Positions 13,170-25,937 of a stretch of DNA of 64,000 nucleotides are shown here, one piece after another. The DNA comes from Felis catus. Its lineage: Eukaryota. The stretch is from positions 27,406,001 through 27,470,000 of the forward strand of contig NC_058369.1 of assembly GCF_018350175.1 (NCBI RefSeq). The letters run 5' to 3'. The position numbers were made by a program, and so were the translations under genes. The notes below the pieces were generated by a model. The model ran no database searches. It had not been told where the DNA came from and saw only the letters and a list, made by a program, of their open reading frames with translations. The stretch's first letter is position 1. Every line of letters starts with the position of its first letter.

Positions 13170-14113
13170 CTTAGACAACTCTGTTTTTCTTATTCCTTAC
13201 ATCCAATGTATCAGAAAATCCTGTGGGTTCGATTTAAAAAAAGATGTAAATTTTTTTCATTTTCCTTTTTTTATTATTAAATACGTGATAGGTTGACTAT
13301 GATTTGTGATTTTTAGGAAATATATATTTGGTCATCTAAATTACCAAATGTATATTTCTCATGTTTTTTGTTTTTTTTTTTAACTCAAGTTAGTTAACAT
13401 ACAGCATAGTCTTAGCTTCAGGAGCAGAACCCAATGATTTATCTCTTACATATGACACCAAATGCTCATTTCAGAAAGTGCCCTCCTTAATGCCCATCAT
13501 CCATTTATCCCTCAGTATTACTTCTACTCCCTCCACCCTACCACCTGGTCAGAGCCAACATTAGTTCTTACTTGGATTTCCTGTTCCTTCTCTTGCTTTT
13601 GTCCCCGTAATGTCTACTTGATCTGCCCACCAGCTAACTCTTGGAACCCATTTAATGTCCTCAGCCCTGATGACTCTGCTCCAGACCACTAGACTTCCTT
13701 CATCTTTTTGAATATACATAGTTCTTTTCCTGCCACAAGGCCTTTTCATGTGCTCTGGACTCTACCTGGGACAAAATTTCCCCAGAAATTCTCATGGCTT
13801 ACTTTCTCACTTTATTCTGGTTTCTGCTCATATGTCATCTCATCACAGAAGTTCTTCCTGACTTCTCTATATGAACTAGTAGATCGCATCCTTGTCTACC
13901 TCTTTACTCTGCTTTATTTTTCTTCATATCATCCGTTTTCACCTGACATTGTGTTCTATATCTATTTCTCTCTTTATCCCCTCTCTTTCTCTTTCACTAT
14001 AACGTATGCTACATGAGGGCCAGGATTCTTAACAAAATAGATAGGTCCACAGTAAATAGAAGAAAGACTGGCCTATCATGAGTGCTCCATAAATTATTTA
14101 ATAAATGAATGAA
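13170..14113 (+). mobile_element. L2, interrupted at about 13240-13510
   Basis: 'ccaccctggtc..gcca..', 'gcttttatttttcttcat', and L2 tail 'gtgctccataaattatttaataaatgaatgaa'. Confidence 0.7.
13363..13512 (-). mobile_element. Feline/carnivore L1 3' end (short, 5'-truncated)
   Basis: Poly(T), then 'aagttagttaacatacagcatagtcttagcttcaggagcagaaccc..tgacaccaaatgctcat..aagtgccctccttaatgcccatca'. Confidence 0.85.
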
Positions 14114-14904
14114 GGATCATGTTCAGAAACTAATGAAGCCCTGGGATGTGGGACAGGAAAGACAGGAAGTATAATAAAGAAGGAAGACATCAGTTCAAGT
14201 CTGGCACTGGGAGGTAAAATGGTGTGATGGGTCAAAAAGTCCTTAGAAGCGGCAGGGGCTATAAGAATGCTGAGCTTCTGGTTGAGGGCAGCTGTGACTG
14301 CCCTTTACAGCAAGAGTACCAGGCAGCCTGTGTCTACTTGGCAATCTTGGCACATGTTACCTGCAAACTTTGTCCCCATCCCACATGTCACTTTGCACAA
14401 GGTGGCCTTACTTTCTGCCAGGGAGCTGGGACCATCATCCCTTTGACCTTAGCCTAGAACACTGTTAATATTAATTTAATTAGCATTTGTATAATAACTT
14501 CTTTATCATTTCCAAGTCTAATTTATTTTAATTTCATGTGTGCTGATTTGATGATCAAAGGGTTTGTTGAAGCTTTGTTTCTATTCAAAGCCCAGCGTAT
14601 TAATCATCCACTTAAAACTATTATTCCCACCCCTCTCCAGCAAGACCTCCTTGGAGCATAAAGAGACATGGCAGATTGAGATGATTCATCTCATTTAGAG
14701 TTTCTATGATAGATTTCTTTTTTCTTTTTTCCTTTGCTTCCCTTTCCTTTCTGTAAGCCATCCAAGAGAACCCATTTATGGTGGAGCACTAGTAAAAATG
14801 CTGTGTGTTTTCTACCCTACTAAGTTTTAAGTGCCTTTCAAATGGATTCCCGATCTTAAGGCTTTAGTCTCCTGATATGGTCAGAGCTGGAGACAGAGCA
14901 ATAC

Positions 14905-15065
14905 CATTATTAAGGGTACAATCCTTGGAGTCAGGCAGACCCAAATGCAAATATTTGTTCCTTACTAGTGTGACCTTGGGCAGGTTACATAATCTCTGTA
15001 AGCAACTATTTTTTTTTTATCCATTGAATTCTCCATCATAAAATGGGGACAATAATAAGAACTTA
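14905..15065 (+). mobile_element. MIR
   Basis: 'ttggagtcaggcagaccc..cttactagtgtgaccttgggcaggttacataatctctg..aaaatggggacaataata'. Confidence 0.8.
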
Positions 15066-16224
15066 TGGATTTGACATTTACTTATCTGTTTGTTGTACTT
15101 TGAATGCTCTATGGAAATAAATGAAATAGAGGTAAATAAATATTTGCTTAACATTCCCTCAATATTTATTAACAGCTACCATCTTTCTATTCAGTTTCAC
15201 ATACCCTTACCTTGCAGTTCATCTGTGACAGGCATGAAGCCAGGTGCAAGGAACACTAGAAATAAACAGGGAACATATATTACCCTCACTTTCAGTCCAG
15301 TAAAGGGCCAGTATGCACACTCATGGTGGCAACACAGTGAACTGAACACCGTGATTGAGTTCAAGGTGTACGTACTATGCCCCAAAGGAGCTCAAAGAAT
15401 TTGTAGCATTGTGGGATAGAGAGGGATGAGGAAGGCTTCACAGAAGGGCCTGACACAAATCCAGTAGGACTAGTAGGAGTTGACACAAGAGGGAGAGGAG
15501 GCTACAGGGACATGTCACAGTGAGGAGAAAGTGAGTGCAAAGGTTAGCTCAGTACTAGTGTGCTCCTTGAAAGGCAACTGTTGAGAATGTTGGGCCTGCT
15601 GGATACACAGCAAACGCTAAAGGTAGACTCTACCAAGTCAGGTGATTGGACACATTTGTTGTTGATTTAGAGAGTTGGTTCAAGATTCCCCCCATGACAA
15701 CATATGTCACACTTAATTTCTAAAGTCCTTGTCCTTATTGATTTCCCATCCTTCTGGAAGGCAAGTGTACTCACAGAGGTTTACAGTAACCAACAGTGTT
15801 AATCTGGGGCAAATTTCCCACAGGAACTAGACCATTTCCAAATTGTTTCCTATCTGTTCATGCACAAGAGACCGTTTCTTTGAGACATCTTGGACTGGTC
15901 TATAAGGGCTTTAGTATTTGTCAGAATATGAGGATTTTGTATTAGATCAAAATCTTTTGATCCTCTAAAGGGTTTTAGCTATTTTTTTTAATTGGTAATG
16001 TGTGTATATTGATTAGTGGGTTCAGTCACCTGGTAGAATTCCATCATTGGCCAGTGACACCGAAAAGTCCAAGTGGGCTCTTCCACTCTTCTACGTGTGT
16101 GTACCATTCTTCCTTCTCTCTTTTGCTTCTTCCCAACCCAACTTTTCTACTCTTCATGATTTTCTTTCCAATCTATGTGGTCGCCCTTCTCATAATGTTC
16201 AAGTTCGAGAGGGTGCAAAAAAGA

Positions 16225-16780
16225 TTAGAAAGAATGACAGTATCGAGTATTGCTAAGGATCTAGGAGAACATGAATTCCCATGTAATGCCAATGGGAGTG
16301 AAATTGGTACAGCTCTAGTAGGGATAATTCAAATGCCTTGATTTTGAATACCATGTGACAAGGTGATGCCACTTATAGGAATGTCTCAATAAATTTTTAT
16401 CCTAAAGGTTTAATCATAGATACAAACTTGGCCCTGTTGTTTAATAAAAATATAAAAATGAAGGGGAAACCCCTAAATATATATTATTATGATTAATCAT
16501 TAATCATGGTCTATCAGAAAGGTAAGTGTTGGCTTATATTTACTGACATTGAAAAAAGGGTTTTTTCAATGCTATACTTTTAGGTGACAAAGGAGGTTAT
16601 AAAACACTATGTTGAATGTGAGACCATTCCAATTAAAAATATATATAGAACTCACTCTTACTATTCTTTAGCTACAGATTGAGAATAGAGAAATGTGAGT
16701 ACCTTTTTTTCTTCTGTATACTTTTTAAGTATCTTTTTTTTTTCTAACAAGCACATATTACTTTTAAAATCCAAAGAAAA
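16225..16780 (+). mobile_element. Old L1 (L1ME-like) 3' fragment
   Basis: 'gagtattgctaaggatctaggagaacatgaattccc..tgggagtgaaattggtacag..acaagcacatattactttta'. Confidence 0.6.
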
Positions 16781-17654
16781 AAAGACTCTTTGCACTTTAA
16801 AAAGAAAAAGGGTGCTCTCACCTTAGCCAAATTTGGCACTAAGTCTTCCTGAGCAGGTACTCTAGAAACAATCTTTATTGTACCTTCTTGTCAACATGGA
16901 GAGTCCAGTGGCTAGACTTGCCTTAGAATTCCCTAAGTAATGGCCACCTTGAGGGAGTGATCAGACTTTTCCCCAGGAAATGTGGAAATAATTTTCCTCT
17001 CTCTACTCTGCAGAGAGAGTTAGGCTCAGCAGACTCATATGAAACAAATCTAGGAGCTGGGAATGATGGTTGTTACTCCCCCAGTTATGCTGAGCTTATC
17101 ATCCAAGTTTGAAAGAAGGCCTTATATTATTGTCACTTAATGATAATTTTTAGCACATGCATGTATTGTCTGATAGTGCCATGCTGTTCTTTTGTTCTGA
17201 ATAAACCCTTGTCCTGCTATAATTCCTTTGTAGTTGCCCAAATCCGGATTTCAGTGTGTTCAACGTGTAGGTGTGGTGAGGAAAGCTCTTTAGAGAGCTG
17301 GCCACTGCTTCTTACATCAGCAGTTCATTTTGTAGCCTGGAGCTTAATATAATCTCCCTTCCACATGATCCATTGAACTTGTAGGATTTCTGATCTGAAT
17401 GGGAAAAGGAATTATATGAGTAGTCATATGCTCAGTCCTTATTACACTTTGCTGGTCTCTTTATGGGGGAAGAAAGAAGAAGTAAGGTTTGTTTTTGTTT
17501 GCTTATTTTTTGTTTGTTTTTGTAGTTAGTGTTCTTCAATAATCTTTTCTGTAATATCCTCACAATTAAGGGCAATGACAAGCATTAATAAGCATTTTTC
17601 TACCAATTTATAATTTACCTTGTGCTTTTGATTTCATCACTTTATCTAATTCTT

Positions 17655-17850
17655 TTTTAAAAATTTTTTAATGTTTATTTTTGAGAAAGAGACAGACCGT
17701 GGATTGGGGAGGGGTAGAGAGAAACACAGAATCTGAAGCAGGCTCCAGGGTCTGTGCTGAGCCTGATGCAGGGCTTGAACTCATGAAAGGTGAGATCATG
17801 ACCTGAGCCAAATCCAGACGCTTAACCACCTGAGCCACCTAGGCTCACCT
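17655..17850 (-). mobile_element. Can-SINE inserted in a MIR
   Basis: 'gagatcatgacctgagcc..cttaaccacctgagccacctagg'; TSD actt(t/c)atctaattctt at 17639-17654 and 17851-17866. Confidence 0.93.
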
Positions 17851-17949
17851 ACTTCATCTAATTCTTATAAGCACTCCCTGAGTATGTATAATCACTGCCA
17901 TTTTTCAGGTAAGGGAACTGAAGCATATAGAGGCTGTTATCTTCCCAAG

Positions 17950-18487
17950 TGTATTAGTCCGGACTCCTTTGGTTGCAAATCCTGAAGCACAAATACATTT
18001 TGCTTAAGCCAAAGAAAAAAGTGGGGGTGGGTGGGATTTATTAAGTGCAAGGGTAGACCTCAGCTTCAGGCACAGATGAATCTAGATGCTTGAGTGATAT
18101 TGCCAGATTCACCCTCCATGTCTAGGCTCTGTTTTCTCTGTGTTAGTTTCATTCCCAGCAGATTCTTTGCATACAGTGTAGAACAGCCATCACAGCTCCA
18201 GGCTGTGTCCCACTGACTTAGCAACCCCAGTGGAAAGACATCTATTTCCCAACAAAATTCCTGAGACTGACTATTATGTGGCCCAGTCTGGTTCTTTTGG
18301 TTCAGCCATGCACCTGTCACTGTGCCCAGGGAATGAAACGTTCCAACTGGCAGGTCTTAGATGGGGTGAATTTAGTGCTACACTATAAGGTGAACTGAGA
18401 GAAGAAGTTTCTTCAAAGTGAAACATGGTACTGTGCACAGAAGGGGCATGAACAGAGGTAGACAGAAGCACCATGCTGTTCTATACC
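17950..18487 (-). mobile_element. MaLR solo LTR, MLT1J/K-like
   Basis: 'tgtattagtccggactcctttggttgcaa..cttaagccaaa..cagcttcaggcacag..cttagcaaccccagtggaaaga'. Confidence 0.75.
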
Positions 18488-18741
18488 AAGTTGGAAGCTA
18501 GTAAGTATGAGTTGGCACTCCTTATGGAAGGCTGGAGTATGACATCTCACCTCTGAGAGCTGCAGGAAATCTGAAAAAGACTAGAAGCCACATGCTCTGC
18601 CATAGTTCTCAAACCGTGCTCTCTCATTCCTGACCTTTAGGCTATTTGACCGTTAAGTTATGTGGGTATTCTTGAAGCCATATATACATTCAACATTATC
18701 TTCAGAATTACAAATGTATCATGACTTGTTTGTATGACCAC

Positions 18742-18877
18742 TTTTTTTCTCAATTTTATTGAGAAACAATTGACATACATCACTGTGTAAGATTTTTTTT
18801 GAACTTAAAATCTTTTATTTTTTAAAATATAATTTATTGTCAAATTGGTTTCCATACAACACCCAGTGCTCATCCTG
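18742..18877 (-). mobile_element. Two adjacent very short L1 3' tails (older L1MA/Carn-type and feline L1_Fc-type)
   Basis: 'ttttattgagaaacaattgacatacatcactgtgtaag' and 'aatttattgtcaaattggtttccatacaacacccagtgctcatcc'. Confidence 0.7.
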
Positions 18878-19554
18878 AGTATCCTCTTTTTAAACACATA
18901 AGTATAGTTATGATTAATAAAATATAAATTTGCTTTAAAACATCACTGAATTCATGGGGTGGGAGTTGGTCATAATGTTTATTTTTAACTTGGATAAAAA
19001 AATTCATGTATTAACCTGTTGAGGGTTTTAAGAACATTTTCATCTCTAAAAGGTTCAAATTACTTAGGTAGTCCTATAATCAAATATTAAAACACTACCT
19101 GAATAAGGGTTAGAAGCCCATTTCTGCCATTATTTCTAGTGATTTAATGTTCCTTGGGTCTCAGTTTCCTGACCTGCACTATGGGGATAAACTGTCCTGT
19201 CCACATAAGCTTATAGTGAGGCTCTTATGTGGAAGTGAACTGCTAGGAAGTATTTTTTTTTTAAACCCTGTAATATGGTAGCATTGGTATTTTTTTTTAT
19301 TTGACTCCATGCTCAAGGATATTGCTCTTAATGTGTTCTGCAAACCACTAATGGCCCCTGATGCAAAATGTACTTGTCCATTTCTAATATGATTGTGCAG
19401 ATCAATGAAGGTCTGTCTTCCTCTGTGATAAACTGCAGCCTTACAGATTTTGTAAAGATCTCTCTCTTCCAATGGTATATAATCCAGGAAGCACATTTTA
19501 TCTTTCTTATGTCCCAAACACACTTGTGACTGCAAAAAGTGATCAATCATTTAA

Positions 19555-20420
19555 ATTTTCTCTTTAATTTTCTATTGTGGTATAATGTAGAGAAAAGTGC
19601 ATGTATTCTAAGTATGTTTTTGATTAATGTCCATGACTGAACACATTTGTATAACCGGCACCCAGATCAAGAGAGGGGGCATCAATAGTTTTCCAGAAAC
19701 AAATGTTGTAGCCCCTTTCCAGTCACTATCCCTCAAGGATAACCTCAACCTTACTTCTAAGAGCACACATATGCTTCATTTGGTTCTTTCATCCAACTAA
19801 ATGAACTCATTTTGTTTATGGATCTTTCTTTCAATGCTGCATTTGTAAGATTTATCCATTTGTTGTTGTAGTGACAGATGGTACATTTTTTATTGCTGCA
19901 CAGTATTCCATTATGTGTATGTGGGGATGGGTGTACTTATTTTTTATAATATAAACATGTTATTCATGAGCATTTGAGTGTTTTCCAGTCTGGGGCGATT
20001 AATATACTATATAGATCTTTGGGTGAACATATACATGTGATTTTTTGAAGGGGGGCAGGTTACAGAGAATGCCTAAGTTCAGCTTTACTACACATTACCA
20101 AACTGTTTTCCAAAGCGGGTATACCAGTCGACATTCCCATGAGCAGTGTAAGACAGTTTTGTTTTCTCCACATGCTTGCTGATATTTGGTATTTTCTGCC
20201 TCTGTAATTCTAGCTATTCTAGTGAATGTGCACGCTTTTAATTTGCAATTTTCATTGTGGTTTTCATTTGCATTTTCATAATGAGTAATGAAGTTGAAAC
20301 AATTCTTCATATGTTTATTGGCCATTTGGACGTCCTCTTTTGGGGGCACTTACTTATTCAAATATTATGCTAATTTTTCTTTGGATTGGTATCTGTTTCT
20401 TATTGGTTTGTAGGGAGTGG
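19555..20420 (-). mobile_element. L1M (L1MB/MC-like) ORF2 end plus 3'UTR
   Basis: ORF 20095-20349 contains KEDVQMANKHMKNC, matching the L1 ORF2p motif KEDIQMANKHMKRC. Confidence 0.85.
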
Positions 20421-20519
20421 TTAGCCATTTGCTTTGCCTATTTTATTGGTGGGAAAAACTTTTTAAGCTTCAATATTTATTTTTAAATATGAAATTGAAC
20501 ATGGCTCACCATGCCATTT

Positions 20520-20935
20520 CATTAATGATCCATTCTCAAAACAGAACATTTATTTGGTACCCAACCTTTACAAAAACAATGATAGCTGTTAAGCATGCAA
20601 CAGTAAACAAAACTGATGTGGTTCCCATCCATATGGCACTGGCCATCTAAGGATGAGACAAACAATATATTAATACATATGTAACTGAAAGATGAGGACA
20701 ATTACAAAAGTACCATGAAGCATTCAAATAGGGTGGAGGGAGAGATTAAAAGGGCTTCTTTTCAGTTCTATAGACTTTTGTCATTTAATCTGAAACCTAA
20801 AGCCTAATAAAAAAGCAGGGGGAAAAAAAAGAAACAAGGGAAGGGTATTCCAGGCAGACACAATAGCATGTGCTATTCCCTGAGGTGGGAAAACACTTTG
20901 CATGTTCTAAGACTTGAAAGGAGGTAGTTGGTCTA
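20520..20935 (-). mobile_element. L2 fragment
   Basis: 'aacatttatttggtacc..aaacaaaactgatgtggttccc..tattccaggcaga..tgaggtgggaaaac..gcatgttc'. Confidence 0.65.
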
Positions 20936-20938
20936 GAG

Positions 20939-21157
20939 CATGGGTCAACAAACTGTAAAAGGTAAAATAGGAAATATCTTAGGCTTTGCAGACCAGATGG
21001 TCTCTGTTGCAACTACTCAACACTGCTGTTGTAGCATGAAGACAGCCATAGACTGAATGTAAATAAATGAACATGGTTGTTATTTCAATAAACCTCTATT
21101 TACAAGAATAGGCAATGGGCCAAATTTGATCCATGGGCCATAGTTTGCCAACCTCTA
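20939..21157. mobile_element. MER58A (hAT-Charlie)
   Basis: 'gggtcaacaaactgtaaa..ttaggctttgcag..tctctgttgcaactactcaac..gggccatagtttgccaacc'; flanked by gtctaga(g/t), a hAT-type 8-bp TSD. Confidence 0.9.
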
Positions 21158-21747
21158 GTCTAGATTATGGAGAAAAATATCAGTCTCCTACCTGGACTAC
21201 CTTGGTATGGCCCTAACTAGCCTTCCAGCTTCCACTCTTACTAATCTAAAAATGCATTCCCTGTACAATACCCAGAGCAAATATTTGAAAGTCCTAAATT
21301 AGATGATGATGCTCTTCCCCAATTAAAGGAATCTTGATTAACTTTCTGGAAACTTCTTATTGAACATAGAATAGAATATAAAGCTGAGATGGGCTTGGTC
21401 TAGATGGTACATGGATTTGTAAGCCATTGATTTGTAGCCTTGATTTTAGATCACAATACTTAAAATTGCTTCATATCTATGTGCATGGGATCCGGTGATA
21501 ACTGTGAGCATGGAAAAAAGGGAGCATGATGTATTGTATGGTTTCCAGCTGCTCTTCAGCTAAGAGAAGTCTCTCCCTTCTTAAAAATCCACACATAGCT
21601 GATTTTGTGCCCATCTCATTTTTTACCTTCTATTACACCTTAATAGGAGAATCCCTATAATTGCTGAGTCTTGTCTGGTCTGGCCTTACATTCATAGTCC
21701 AGTAGCAGATGTGCTGTACTTGAATGAATGGATGGATATGATTGTGC

Positions 21748-21748
21748 A

Positions 21749-21795
<47 letters not shown>
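21748..21795. repeat. (CT)n microsatellite
   Basis: Direct reading. Confidence 0.95.
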
Positions 21796-21798
<3 letters not shown>

Positions 21799-22075
21799 GA
21801 ATAAACAGTTGAATAAAATAGTGAATGGATTGAGTTTTGCAGAAGGAAAAAGATAGCAACAATGATCCTGGAATTCTTAGGCCTGAATTACCAGGGATGG
21901 GTGTGTCCTAATCAGAAATTAGAAAGTCAGGAGAAGGTTCTGATTTGTCAGGTTTCAGATATGATAGATCTCTGGTATAAGATGTCATTAGCGTGCAGGG
22001 GATGAGTAGAAATGAGTTCTGGGACTTGGGAAAGCGATCTAGGATGGAAAAAGTGACTGAAGTTAGAATTGTTTT

Positions 22076-22303
22076 GGGGCGCCTGGGTGGCGCAGTCGGT
22101 TAAGCGTCCGACTTCAGCCAGGTCACGATCTCGCGGTCCGTGAGTTCGAGCCCCGCGTCGGGCTCTGGGCTGATGGCTCAGAGCCTGGAGCCTGTCTCCG
22201 ATTCTGTGTCTCCCTCTCTCTCTGCCCCTCCCCCGTTCATGCTCTGTCTCTCTCTGTCCCAAAAATAAATAAATGTTGAAAAAAAAATTAAAAAAAAAAA
22301 AAA
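22076..22303 (+). mobile_element. Young felid SINEC_Fc, full length
   Basis: Retains CpGs and Pol III A box (tggcgcagtcgg) and B box (gagttcgagccc); perfect TSD agaattgtttt at 22065-22075 and 22304-22314. Confidence 0.98.
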
Positions 22304-22644
22304 AGAATTGTTTTAATGCTGGGAAATAGAAGGAAAAGTGGTCCAAGGACCAAAAAGTAGGTTGAAAGGATGAAAAAGAGAGAAAAATTTTCCATGAATG
22401 GCAAAAGTGAAGAACCATAAGATTTCTAGATTTTCAAATAAATTCATTCAATAGGAATGAAAAGTTGTATAGGCCCTCAAGGTCAATGCTGTAGTTATTT
22501 ATTACATTGGAATGAAGTTACATTAAAATTCACAAAATAGTGGGGGAAGTCATTAATCTAGATTCTTAACAAGATACTCATTTTTTAATTAAAAAATTAA
22601 CCATCTACTCTTCTTTCTACATCATACTGTGAAAAAACACAGAA

Positions 22645-22892
22645 TAAAGTATCCTTAAAAAACTAGATTTGGAGTCAAGCAGAGCTTGAGTTCAAGTGCT
22701 AACCCTGCTACTGACTAGCTATTTGACCTCAAAAATTATCTTAGCTGTTCTAAGCTTCAGTTTCAACACCTTTAAAGTGAGATGGCTAATAGTACTTTCC
22801 TCAGAGCATGGTTGTAAGGACTAAATGAGATGATACGTGTACAAGCCCCTGGCACCAGTAAGACATAAATAAATGAATGTTAGCAATTATGA
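22645..22892 (+). mobile_element. MIR
   Basis: 'ttggagtcaagcagagcttgagttcaag..cttcagtttc..gttgtaaggactaaatgagatgatacgtgta'. Confidence 0.85.
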
Positions 22893-23949
22893 CTTACAAC
22901 ATATCTTCATATCATGGCAATGTACTCTGTCTCTGAAAGCCCTTGATTGGAAGAGACCATACAACATAAGGATATGGTTTGTGTAGATAGCTGGCAGGGA
23001 CTGTATCCTGACTCTGAATTTTACCAGCAGGGTGACCTAGACACCTAACTCCTTCCCTGCCTGTAAATGGAGAAAATAATCATACTTCCTTCCTAGGAAT
23101 TAGAGAGTTGATACATTCAAGGCTCTTAAAATAGTCCCCCACATAAAATTTTTTTTTTGTTAATTTTATCATTATGGTTGTTACTATTAGCTATGTAGCC
23201 ATTCTAATGTAAGACACAAGGCAAATTTTATTTAGTTCCTATTTGAAATCATCTTGGAACTATATCAGAAGGATTATCCTAAAATTCAGCATGTCAATCT
23301 CTATAATTATTTCTGACAGCAAAGTTTGCACATTTGCCCCAGTCGAGGTAGTCAAGTTAATAGGAAATTATAAAAGACCATTTGCCGCACAAAGGAGCTC
23401 CCCAGTCTGTGCCTCGGTTGTTCTATCCCCAGCTGTGAGATCCCCTCTCATTCTCTTTGTCTCCTGTACACCCCTAATGGGGAGAGCTGCCTTAAATTCT
23501 GTGGAGAATTTTGGACAATAACTCACAGAGAGTTTGTTCAGGTTAGAGCTGAAGATTCCACATTAGGCATTGGGGAGCTGGCAGGGCATGACAGGAGCAA
23601 GGTGGGACTCAGAAGTCCAGTAGAACACTGAGAATTGAGCGGAAATGAGATCCCAGCATTGAGAACATTAAAGAAAATTATCCTGGGGTGAGGGGAGGAA
23701 GCTTTAAAGAGGACCTTAACAAAAGTGGTAGATGAGGTATTGCAGAGAATAAGCTTGGGGAGGATGTCAGGGAAGAGGAATTCCCACATCCTGCCTGATT
23801 GAACTACAAACCCAGATCAGTAATCGACCATTGAGTCCTTGCTGGGCTGCACAGCAGCATCGAAGGTTCCAAGATTCCTTTCTACATCTCAACTGCAATA
23901 GTAAAGCTCACAGACAGCCCCAGATCCAGGCTTTTGTCTGTGCTGTGAG

Positions 23950-24420
23950 ACTCCTCTGTGCCTCAGTTACTCATATGTAACATGGGAATCATAATTGAAT
24001 CTACCTCATTAGGGTTATTGGTGGACTACATATATGAAGAGTGTAGAAGAGAGCCTGGCATATGTGTTTGATATAACTGTCATTGTTGCCATTGCATCAT
24101 TATTATAAGGGCAAGTCCTTAGAGGAAGCTTTAGTTTTAGAAGAATCAAGTGTCCAGGTGAAGCCTTGGGGAAGACAGAAGTGTGTTGGTTTAGATTAGG
24201 GGACTTGTAATTAGGCAGAGATTCCACTTCTCACGCTCATTAGCTGAATGACCTAGAACAAGTTATTTATCACTTGAGGTCAGTTTCCTCATCTGAAAAA
24301 ATGGGAATGATAATCATACCCATTTTACATTATTGAGAGGATTACATTACAGGAAGCATGAAAAGCACTTCGAACTGCATCTACATATATGAACTGATCT
24401 GTAAATAATAGTAATTATTA
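23950..24420 (+). mobile_element. Two MIR fragments
   Basis: 'ctctgtgcctcagttactcatatgtaacatggg' and 'cagtttcctcatctgaaaaaatgggaatgataat'. Confidence 0.8.
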
Positions 24421-25477
24421 AAATTGAGACTGAAAACATCTTTCCCAGCTGTAACTTGAGTGTCAAGTAGAGAAGCAGAGGTGTAGAGCTGAGCAGGGGT
24501 CCTGGGCCTCCAGAGTCAGACTCATACAAGGTGAGATTTGGAAAACGCTGCAATGGTTTTTGCAAAAGGGCCTTCGCCTTCTACTTTGTGCTGTCAAAAG
24601 ATCAGTAGCTAAAATAAATGTAACTTCTATGGCTAATCACAAGGGCTGTGTGGCTGCATATTATTGCTAGGCCAATGGAGGGGAGAGGGAGAATGAAGGG
24701 GGGCACAGACTGGTTTAGGGTCACCCAAGAGGCAGTGGTTATTTTTTAAGGTGGGTTCATGGCCTCTGTCTTTGGGGTAACCACTCCCACATCCCTCACA
24801 ACTAACACAAAACACTTTTCCCTCATTGCTGAAAAAAAAAGATTCATAAGGGAATTAATAAACAAGCCAAAGAAAATTCTCGTCTGCCTTTTAATTATAG
24901 AAGAGTGATTGCTATGCTAATCATAATCAGCATCAAGGTCAAAAGTTTCCACCACTCTGGAATGAACATTTAGAAAATAAATTAACCAGAATACCAATGC
25001 TATTTCTGAACTCCCAGCTCACGTGGGTTTCAGATAGAATGCTGTATATTTTAAGTGTCTTTTAAAAGGATCCGTATAATATTGATACATTGATTGGATA
25101 AACGTCACTCTAAAAACCTGCTAGTGCCCAAGGCAGAGGGGAAGACCATTTGGAGACCCATGAATTGGTGTGATTGCCTAGACTGCCAAGGTAAAGACTG
25201 GGAATTTGTTGTGTTGAGTATGATCATTTGCTTCATCTCTGGCAGGTATCACTATAAGATGTGCTGAAAGTACTTGGTCTCAGGTTAATGTGAATGATGA
25301 GATATTAATGTATTTGAATAATTCTCCTCTATTTTCATTTACTCCTGGGTATTGGTATGTACAATAAAAATAATGGTTTAACGTCTGTTATTTCACAAAG
25401 TTCAACCCCTACCTCACACTATATACAAAATAGATTACAACCGTAAGGCAAGTCAAATAAAAGTTTAAGAATATTGA

Positions 25478-25850
25478 TACAACAAAATATTCAGCCGTAA
25501 AAGGGAATGTAGTACTGATACGAGCTACAACTTAGATGAACTTTGAAAATATTATACTAAGTAGATGAAGCCAGACTCCAAACGTTACACATATTGAATG
25601 ATTCCATTTACATGAAATGTCCAGAACAGGCAAATCCATAGAGACAGAAAGCAAACTACTGGTTACCAGGGGCTGGAGTGAGGAGGGAATAGAATGTGTA
25701 TGGAGTTTCTTTTGGGGTGATGAAAGTGTTTTGGAACTAGATAGAAGCAGTGGTTGTGCAATATTGTGAATCTTCTAAATGCCACCAAATTGTGCATCTA
25801 CTAATGCACAATGGTTAATTTTTATAAGAGTTGAATTTCAATTTTAAAAT
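25478..25850 (+). mobile_element. L1MB-like 3'UTR
   Basis: 'gtactgatacgagctacaac..gatgaactttgaaaatattatactaagt..atgattccattta..aggcaaatccatagagacagaaag'. Confidence 0.85.
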
Positions 25851-25937
25851 GTTTAAGAGTGTTAGAAAAAAATTAGGGTAATATTTGTACAATTTTTGAG
25901 ATGGGAGTGTGCTTTTTAAGAGTAAGGTAGAGACCAC

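Noticed and set aside
17895..17920. 'tttttcag|gtaagg' recursive-splice-like site
   Set aside because: It is a mutated MIR core (ccattttacagatgaggaaactg) with a short pyrimidine tract
22076..22160. tRNA gene
   Set aside because: The A/B boxes belong to the tRNA-derived head of a Can-SINE
21948..22418. 156-aa minus-strand ORF
   Set aside because: Antisense read-through of the young SINEC_Fc
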